Shown: piece after piece, positions 57,163-64,000 of the stretch
How the letters are laid out: every line of letters starts with the position of its first letter
Position numbering within the stretch: position 1 is the first letter of the stretch
Assembly (NCBI GenBank): GCA_034189385.1
Contig: JAXHVD010000018.1
Location: 1 to 64,000, forward strand
Source of the DNA: Thermodesulfobacteriota bacterium
GTDB lineage: Bacteria > Desulfobacterota > Desulfobacteria > Desulfobacterales > C00003060
Length of the DNA: 64,000 bases
Direction of reading: 5' to 3'
The notes under the pieces: model-generated
Told to the model about the DNA's origin: nothing
The model's database searches: none
Seen by the model: only the letters and a program-made list of their open reading frames with translations
Program-made: the position numbers and the translations under genes

Positions 57163-59211
57163 TCAAGCCACAGACTGCCATCGATACAATCGAAAATATA
57201 GCCCCTCTTTGGCCATGAGATCTTCATGGGTGCCCACCTCCCGAATGCGCCCTTTGTGTAGCACAACGATGCGGTCGGCGTGGCGAATGGTGGACAGTCG
57301 ATGGGCCACCACAATGGACGTGCGGCCCTGCATCAAGCGCAAGGTGGCCTCCTGGATCAGCCGTTCTGTCTCTGTATCCACACTGGAAGTGGCCTCATCC
57401 AGGATCAAGATCTCAGGATCACGGGCCAGGGCGCGGGCAAATGCCACCAGTTGTCGCTCCCCGCTCGACAGGGTGCGCCCCCCTTCAGTCAATAGGGAAT
57501 CGAGGCCATGAGGAAGGACCTTTATAAGCCGATCAAGATTACAGGCCGCAATGACCTCTTGGAGACGGTCATCGGAAAAGTGAAAATCCCCTGGGACAAT
57601 GTTATGTCGCAAGGTGTCTGCAAAAAGAAACACATCTTGCGTGATGAGGGCCATGTCGGCCCGAAGTCGGGTCTTTGGAACCTGGCGGATGTCTTTGCCT
57701 CCGACAAAGATACCCCCTTTGACGGGATCGTAGAACCGTTCAAGCAGATGAATAAGGGTAGACTTGCCGGCCCCAGTAGGACCCACAATGGCCACGGTCT
57801 CGCCGCCTTTGACAGTAAATGAGACATCCCTGAGGATCCAGTCTTCCCCTGCATAGGAAAACCAAACGTTGTCAAAGGAGACAGCTTTCCCTTTCCTGGG
57901 CAGGGATCGTCCCCCATCTGCAGGGCCGAAAGTTGGGTCAGCCAGGCTCTCCAGAGAAGGCATCTGGTCTCCCGTTGCCGGCGGCATCGTATCGGACAAG
58001 TCCGGATCGGGTATCCGCTCCTGGCTGTCCAGAAGTAGGAATATCCGTTCAGATGAGGCCATGGCTGACTGCATGACATTGTACTTTTCGGCAATGTCGC
58101 GGATAGGACGGAAAAACATTCTCATGTAAGAGACAAAGGCCACCAGGGCCCCAAGACTGAGGGTCTCAGAGACGACGCGCCCTCCACCATACCAAATCAC
58201 CAGAGCAATGGTCACGGAGCTGAGGAGTTCAATGGCCGGCATGAAGACGGCGAAGATGTTGATCTGACGAATCTCTGTAAGATAATTCTCATGGTTGAGA
58301 CGACGAAAGCGCCCCTCGTTTCTCGCTTCCTGCAAGAACAACTGCACAATGCGAATCCCATCGATGCTCTCCTGAAGCCTTGTGTTGATCTCAGCGATTT
58401 TAATGCGAAGCTCCCGAAAGACGTCTCTAGCCAATCGCCTGAAGTAGGCAGTGGTCAACAAGACAACGGGAAGCATCAAGAAACAGATCAAGGCAAGTCT
58501 CCAACTCATGACCAACAGGACTACAGTAATGCCAAGAAGAAGAAAAAGGTCTTTGAATAGCACGGTGATAATGGAGGTAAAAAACTCGTGGAGATTCTGA
58601 ACATCATTTGTCACGCGGGTGACGAGGCGTCCCACCGGATTCCTCGCAAAAAATGACACTGAAAGGCCCTGGATGTGCCCAAATATTCTCACCCTTAGAT
58701 CATGCATAATGGACTGGCCGGCATACTCCATGATCAGCACGTTGCCGAAACTCAACACAAAGTGGCAAAGGATGACCCCAACAAAAATCAGGGCAATGCG
58801 GGACACGCCCGCGTAGTCCGGCATACGCAACGCCGTCAAATCCGACTTTTCAAGTTTAGAGAGATCCTCATACAGAATCCTGGCCTCGGGCCAGTCCACC
58901 TCAAACAAGGCGGGATAAAGCTTTACCACATCATCGACCGCTGCCATTCGCAGGTCGGCCGCATAGAAACGGCGTTTGTCGCGGGCCTCAGGCTTGTCAT
59001 CTCCTACGCCCTGTACAATGTAACGATCAATGGCCACTTTTGTAAGATAAGGAAGCGCCAGGTCCAAGGCCGTTATGGCTGTCACCAAAGAGATGGCTAA
59101 CAGGATGAAAGCCTGATATGGACGGACATGAGGAAAAAGTCTCTTGAGCAATCTCAAATCATAGGGCTTGCCCAACTGATCCTCTTCAAAATACCCGTAG
59201 TCACCGCGCAT
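57163..59211 (-). CDS. ABC exporter, permease/ATP-binding subunit (MdlB-like)
   Basis: TM domain, GPTGAGKS, LSSGERQ, ILDEATS. Confidence 0.93.
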   Translation of the reverse strand: MRGDYGYFEEDQLGKPYDLRLLKRLFPHVRPYQAFILLAISLVTAITALDLALPYLTKVAIDRYIVQGVGDDKPEARDKRRFYAADLRMAAVDDVVKLYPALFEVDWPEARILYEDLSKLEKSDLTALRMPDYAGVSRIALIFVGVILCHFVLSFGNVLIMEYAGQSIMHDLRVRIFGHIQGLSVSFFARNPVGRLVTRVTNDVQNLHEFFTSIITVLFKDLFLLLGITVVLLVMSWRLALICFLMLPVVLLTTAYFRRLARDVFRELRIKIAEINTRLQESIDGIRIVQLFLQEARNEGRFRRLNHENYLTEIRQINIFAVFMPAIELLSSVTIALVIWYGGGRVVSETLSLGALVAFVSYMRMFFRPIRDIAEKYNVMQSAMASSERIFLLLDSQERIPDPDLSDTMPPATGDQMPSLESLADPTFGPADGGRSLPRKGKAVSFDNVWFSYAGEDWILRDVSFTVKGGETVAIVGPTGAGKSTLIHLLERFYDPVKGGIFVGGKDIRQVPKTRLRADMALITQDVFLFADTLRHNIVPGDFHFSDDRLQEVIAACNLDRLIKVLPHGLDSLLTEGGRTLSSGERQLVAFARALARDPEILILDEATSSVDTETERLIQEATLRLMQGRTSIVVAHRLSTIRHADRIVVLHKGRIREVGTHEDLMAKEGLYFRLYRWQSVA

Positions 59212-60949
59212 GATTCAGCCCTTCCTCAATCTCCTGCCAGCGGTACATCCTACTGTAATATCCCTCTTGCGCCATGAGCTCTTCGTGGGTCCCTGCTGCC
59301 TTTAAGTGTCCATCCTCAAGGACGACAATAAGATCCGCATCTCTTACGTGACTTATTCGGTGAGAAACCATCACCGTCGTCCGGCCAAGGGAAGTATCTT
59401 GGACACTGGCCAGGATCGCTGCAGCCGTCTCTGTGTCCACCTGACTCAGGGGGTCATCTAGAATCAGGACGGGCGTCTCCATGAGCAGCGCCCTTGCCAG
59501 GGCCAGGCGTTGCTTCTGGCCCCCAGACAGCGTGACCCCCCTTTCTCCGATAATGGTGTCAAATTGATGGGCGAACCCCATGATCGTGTCGTACAAATGG
59601 GCCCTTTGCGCCGCCAGGATCATCTCTTCTTCCGACGCGTCTTCCTTGCCAAAACAAAGGTTCTCTGCGATGGTCCCGGAAAACAGAAAGGTGTCCTGCG
59701 GCACCACCGCCAGATGGCTCCGCAGGAGCTTCAGGGGCATCTCGCGAACATCAACCCCGTCCACCACAAGGCGCCCTTGCGTGACCTCATGAAGCCTTGG
59801 AATCAGGTGGCACACGGTGCTCTTGCCACATCCCGTGGGCCCAACCACACCAAGGGTCTGACCGCGAAGCACTGTAAATGATAGCTCTTTCAGGACCCAG
59901 GGCTGGCTTGGACGATACTTGAAACTGACTTCGTCAAATACAATCGTCCCCCTCGTTGCCTTTGGGGCCTTCGGCCTCGAGGGACTGACGATCTGAGGCC
60001 TGGTTTCAAGGATCACGTCGATCCTGTCGAGGGAGGCGGCCCCACGCTGAATCAGGTTCATGACCCATCCCAATGCCATCATGGGCCACGTTAGAAGACC
60101 CAGGTAGCTGATGAAGGCCACGAAATCACCAGGGGTAATGGTCAGACTGATGGTTTGGGACCCACCAAGATAAAGCACGATGGCTACGCTGATGTTGGAG
60201 AACAGCATCATGCCAGGGAAAAAGAGCCCTGTGACCCGGACCAGCAAAAGGTTCTTGCCCAAATAGTCTCTCGAGGCCTCTGAAAGCCTTCTGGATTCGG
60301 CAGCCTGCCGATTATAGGCTTTGATAACCCGGATGCCGGCCAAACGTTCCCGCACCACCTCGGTCAGCTCAGCAAAGGAGGCCTGGACCTGTCTGTATAG
60401 CTTGTGCATACGCCGCGTCAGGACCCGAGCTAAAAGGACAATGATCGGCATGGGTAGGAGTGCAAAGACGGTGAGGGTCACATTAATGTAGAGCATGAAA
60501 CCGATGGCAGCCAGACCGAGAACCACGGCATCGGTCAAAGCCACCATCCCCATGCCCACAGCCATCCGCACATGTTGGACGTCATTGGTGGCATGGGCCA
60601 TCAGGTTGCCCGTTGTGGTTTTGTCAAAATACCTGGGAGAGAGGGTTTGGATATGGGAAAAAAGTCGGTTTCGTATCCCCTCTTCTACCCGCCTAGACGT
60701 TCCTATGAGACATCTACGCCAGACGAAACGAAAGGCCCCGATCATGACTGCCAACCCCACGATATAGAGGGCATAATAAATGAGGCTTGTGGTGGTAGTA
60801 CAACAGACGGCCAGATCATCCACGGCCCACTTGATGACGCGGGGGATAAATAACTGAAGGATGTCCACAACGAAAAGAGAAAAAAGGCCGAGAAGGATAG
60901 AGGCCTTCCTCTCCAAGAAGTACGGCTTGATGAGACGGAATGATTTCAT
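59201..60949 (-). CDS. ABC exporter, permease/ATP-binding subunit (MdlA-like)
   Basis: TM domain, GPTGCGKS, LSGGQKQR, ILDD; tandem heterodimer pair with the neighbour. Confidence 0.93.
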   Translation of the reverse strand: MKSFRLIKPYFLERKASILLGLFSLFVVDILQLFIPRVIKWAVDDLAVCCTTTTSLIYYALYIVGLAVMIGAFRFVWRRCLIGTSRRVEEGIRNRLFSHIQTLSPRYFDKTTTGNLMAHATNDVQHVRMAVGMGMVALTDAVVLGLAAIGFMLYINVTLTVFALLPMPIIVLLARVLTRRMHKLYRQVQASFAELTEVVRERLAGIRVIKAYNRQAAESRRLSEASRDYLGKNLLLVRVTGLFFPGMMLFSNISVAIVLYLGGSQTISLTITPGDFVAFISYLGLLTWPMMALGWVMNLIQRGAASLDRIDVILETRPQIVSPSRPKAPKATRGTIVFDEVSFKYRPSQPWVLKELSFTVLRGQTLGVVGPTGCGKSTVCHLIPRLHEVTQGRLVVDGVDVREMPLKLLRSHLAVVPQDTFLFSGTIAENLCFGKEDASEEEMILAAQRAHLYDTIMGFAHQFDTIIGERGVTLSGGQKQRLALARALLMETPVLILDDPLSQVDTETAAAILASVQDTSLGRTTVMVSHRISHVRDADLIVVLEDGHLKAAGTHEELMAQEGYYSRMYRWQEIEEGLNHAR

Positions 60950-61256
60950 GGGCCTTTCCGTTGTAGCATCTGCGCCCTTTTCCGTGATGGCGTCTGCCCA
61001 GAAGACAGTCGCATATGGCAAGCCCCGCAGCCAATCCCGTGTTGCTTCAGCGAGATGCGACCTTTGCCATTGGGGTGTAAGGACGTCTCTGGCAAGGTGG
61101 GCTCTATACCCACTCGGGGCTAGAGGAACTCCCTGTGGGGCAAAGAAGGAATGGTAACAAACAGGGGTAAAACAGTCAAAGCGATTTCTACAGCGCCGTC
61201 TTTCTCAACCAGAGCCATTGTTGACTTTCACTGCCCCCATTGTTATGATATGGGCC

Positions 61257-63275
61257 ATGGAACCGGGTACGATTGTCGAATATATTGAACGTAAGAAGAT
61301 TGTCTGCGCCGTGGTCTTGGGCCAAAAAAACCAAAGGGCCCAGATGCTCACTGAGCATAATCGAGAAGTCAGCCACGCCGAGAAGAGGCTGGCCCACAAA
61401 GCAAATCAACGCCTTGACCCGAAGATGGGTAGAGACGCCCTAGTAGAGAGTCTAAAAGGTGCTGCGGCAAGGAGAAGAAAGCTCCAAAACCAGATAGATG
61501 TCAAGGACCTTTGGGAGGTCCTGCACACGGAAGGCACATGGATAGACCTACAGAGCATGGCGGAATTCTGCTTTGATGGCGAGATCTCGAGCGATCACAC
61601 TTCAGCCGTCATGAGGGCCCTATTTGAAGACCGTCTCTATTTCAAGTTCGACGCTGAGCGTTTTTTCCCAAACAGCCCGGAGCAGGTGGCCCGAATTGCA
61701 GCGCAGGCAGCAGAAGAGGCTCGCAAGGTCCATGTCATTGAGCAGGGAAGCCGCTGGATACAGCAGGCAATGGAAACGGACCGTGTCTCTGTGCCCTCAG
61801 ACATGGAAGAGATCGTTGAGATACTAAAATCTGTGTGCCTCTTTGGAAAAGACAGTCCCCACTACAAGATAGGCAAGGAGATCCTTGCACGAACCGGTCT
61901 GGATCCAAGGGAGGCTCCTTTTGACTTCCTGGTTAAGTTGGGAGCGTGGAATCAGGACGAAAACCTGAACCTCCATAGACTGGGCATATCAGATTCCTTC
62001 CCCCCAGCCGTGATGAAGGCTTCAGAGGACATCGTATGTCAACAGATAGAGGTGGCACCGAACTTGGGACGGAGGGATTTGACCCATATTGGCGTGCTCA
62101 CGATTGATGGCCAAGGGACCCTTGATTTTGATGATGCCATCAGTATTGAACCAAAAGGAGAGGGTTATCGTTTGGGGGTTCACATCACCGATGTGGGCCA
62201 TTACGTGAAGAAAGGGGGGCCATTAGACAAGGAGGCCATGTCGCGGGCCAGCTCTATATACATGCCAGACAAGCGTATTCCAATGCTTCCCCAGAATTTG
62301 GCAGAAGATCTCTGCAGCCTCAAAGAAGGACAAGAGCGCCTTGCCATCAGCATCGTGGCGGACCTTGACAGCGCAGCAAATGTGGTAGCATACGAGGTCT
62401 TTCCCAGTATCATCCGGGTGGCCCGACAGCTTACCTACTACCAAGCCAACCTACTGGTGCAAGAGGACCCAGAGCTTGCAGCCATCTACGACATGGCCCA
62501 AAAACTGCGCGCCATCCGCGTGAAGGCCGATGCCCTGCAACTCCTGATTCCGGAGGTCAACGTCTGGATAAACGGTCACGGAGAGATTTCAATTAGCCGC
62601 ATCAATCGTGAAAGCCCCAGTCGTATGATGGTTTCCGAGTGTATGATTCTGGCCAATAGTCTAGCGGCCCGATTCTTTCGAGACCATGGTCAGGCCACCG
62701 TTTACCGGTCACAATTGCCCCCCCGCCAGCGCCTCGTTGACGGAGGTGGCGATTCTCTCTTTCAAAACTGGATGCAACGACGCTTCTTGAGCCGCCTTGT
62801 CCTAGGCCTTCATCCGGAACCCCATGCAGGCCTCGGACTGGCTGCTTACGTGACGCTCACATCTCCTCTCCGGAAGTATCTGGATCTCGTCACCCAGCGT
62901 CAGATCAGGGGGCTTTTTGGCATGGAACGGCTATACACGGAAGAAGAATTAAGGTTTATTACTCAAGCCGTGGAACAGCCCATAAGTTACATTTCGGTAC
63001 TTCAAAAAGAGCGCACCCGCTATTGGATTCTGAAATACCTCGAAGGGTTCACAGGAAAGAAGGAGGAAGCCTTAGTCCTTGAGAAGCGCCGACAGAAATA
63101 TGTGGTCCTCCTAACCAACTACATGATGGAATGCTCCCTGCCGCTGAACAGCGGTGCCGAGCTCAAGCCACAGGAAACTGTCATTGTCAAGACAGAAAGA
63201 GTAAATGCCAGAAACGACATCCTGACGGTCTCCCTGGCACGGAGCCCCTCCCATTCCAGTCATCGTTCTTCATAA
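61257..63275 (+). CDS. Ribonuclease II/R (RNB domain) family exoribonuclease
   Basis: TIDGQGTLDFDDAIS, HITDV, SIYMPD, MILAN, HAGLG..Y...TSPLRKYLD. Confidence 0.93.
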   Translation: MEPGTIVEYIERKKIVCAVVLGQKNQRAQMLTEHNREVSHAEKRLAHKANQRLDPKMGRDALVESLKGAAARRRKLQNQIDVKDLWEVLHTEGTWIDLQSMAEFCFDGEISSDHTSAVMRALFEDRLYFKFDAERFFPNSPEQVARIAAQAAEEARKVHVIEQGSRWIQQAMETDRVSVPSDMEEIVEILKSVCLFGKDSPHYKIGKEILARTGLDPREAPFDFLVKLGAWNQDENLNLHRLGISDSFPPAVMKASEDIVCQQIEVAPNLGRRDLTHIGVLTIDGQGTLDFDDAISIEPKGEGYRLGVHITDVGHYVKKGGPLDKEAMSRASSIYMPDKRIPMLPQNLAEDLCSLKEGQERLAISIVADLDSAANVVAYEVFPSIIRVARQLTYYQANLLVQEDPELAAIYDMAQKLRAIRVKADALQLLIPEVNVWINGHGEISISRINRESPSRMMVSECMILANSLAARFFRDHGQATVYRSQLPPRQRLVDGGGDSLFQNWMQRRFLSRLVLGLHPEPHAGLGLAAYVTLTSPLRKYLDLVTQRQIRGLFGMERLYTEEELRFITQAVEQPISYISVLQKERTRYWILKYLEGFTGKKEEALVLEKRRQKYVVLLTNYMMECSLPLNSGAELKPQETVIVKTERVNARNDILTVSLARSPSHSSHRSS

Positions 63276-63304
63276 GGCAACAGGTTTTGAAGTCTGCTCT
63301 CACC

Positions 63305-63520
63305 CTATGTTGCCCTTTCCTCAAACTCCATGGTTTCATCGTTTAGAAGACCCAGGTACCTGTCGTCCTGGCCAAACAAGAACCACAACTGACCCACACT
63401 GAGCGCATTTGCCCAATCCACCTCCTGTTCCATCTCAAGGACAATATCTTCAGGTGAAACAGGTGAACTCTTGATCCCAAATTCCTTAAAAAAAGAAAGA
63501 AAACTCTCCTTGTCTGACAT
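63305..63520 (-). CDS. Small acidic hypothetical protein
   Basis: GAGG RBS before ATG 63520; the ORF-track extension upstream runs through a repeat element. Confidence 0.55.
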   Translation of the reverse strand: MSDKESFLSFFKEFGIKSSPVSPEDIVLEMEQEVDWANALSVGQLWFLFGQDDRYLGLLNDETMEFEERAT

Positions 63521-63548
63521 CCTATTCCTCCTTATACGTGTTCTATTA

Positions 63549-63609
63549 ATGAAATCGTAAAAGGTCTTTTGCTCACGGACGGAGCTAAAGGGATTTTTCA
63601 CGACTTCAT
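63549..63609. repeat. Short IR-bounded intergenic element
   Basis: ATGAAATCGTAAAA ... TTTTCACGACTTCAT imperfect inverted repeat, similar to the ends of 28933..29077. Confidence 0.55.
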
Positions 63610-63680
63610 CTTTGTTAGTAGCGTAAAGAAACTGGAACCTATGCTAAGACCGATCCCCTCCTTATGGTCTTGCCCCTCTG

Positions 63681-64000
63681 CTACGATGACCCCGACAAAT
63701 GCTCAACGATTTCCAAGGCCCTTTCACGTTTTGCCAGCCGGACCTGTTCAAAGAGCTTGCCACATTGTTCCTTGGTCAGGCCACCTACCATACGATTGAC
63801 CTTCGCCATATCTTCTGAGTGGGGCGTCTCAGAGGCCCCGGGAAGGAGTTCTTCCTTCTGAAGCAACTTAATGTACACAAGACTACGAGCGGCCAACAAG
63901 TCTCCTATGGTCTTTGGCACCCTCCCATGAAGAACATAATGAAGGGTCAAAATGTCGCCTGGCCCCATATTGCGTCGGACCCCTCCAAGCTTGCGCACTG
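63681..64000 (-). CDS. 3' end of a hypothetical protein (runs off right edge)
   Basis: Open frame to the window edge; no recognisable motif. Confidence 0.5.
   Translation of the reverse strand, partial: VRKLGGVRRNMGPGDILTLHYVLHGRVPKTIGDLLAARSLVYIKLLQKEELLPGASETPHSEDMAKVNRMVGGLTKEQCGKLFEQVRLAKRERALEIVEHLSGSS

Overview
Bacterial chromosome window, most likely from a Desulfobacterota (deltaproteobacterial) organism. The taxonomy is inferred from gene style, dockerin-tailed secreted proteins and intergenic repeats, and was not verified. The left ~26.8 kb is an accessory/integrative region that ends at the 3' end of tRNA-Arg(ACG). It contains a frameshifted integrase fragment at the window edge, a family-5 ABC substrate-binding gene split by an IS3-family element, a lone PD-(D/E)xK nuclease, and then ~21.5 kb of co-oriented, tightly packed genes. 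In order these are: JAB/MPN peptidase, E2-like enzyme, 57-aa peptide, E1/ThiF enzyme, HerA-like ATPase, two coiled-coil proteins, WD40-TPR protein, Zn-ribbon Ser/Thr kinase-TPR, a putative sigma-like/partner pair, a Lon-type Ser-Lys protease domain fusion, four paralogous copies of an unrecognised ~190-aa helical domain, a VirD4/TrwB-like ATPase, an AEP primase, Xis and a tyrosine integrase. This ubiquitination-like cluster has no visible beta-grasp Gly-Gly modifier and is the main candidate for an undescribed system. The right ~37 kb is mostly core genes (tadA, purA, tRNA-Pro, galE, efp, murJ, rpsT, lptE, leuS, pyrK, rfaE2, glmM, two ABC exporter subunits, RNase II family). It also holds a block of accessory/secreted-protein genes after tRNA-Pro and several MITE-like intergenic elements. 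All product calls come from motif reading by eye; no database searches were run.
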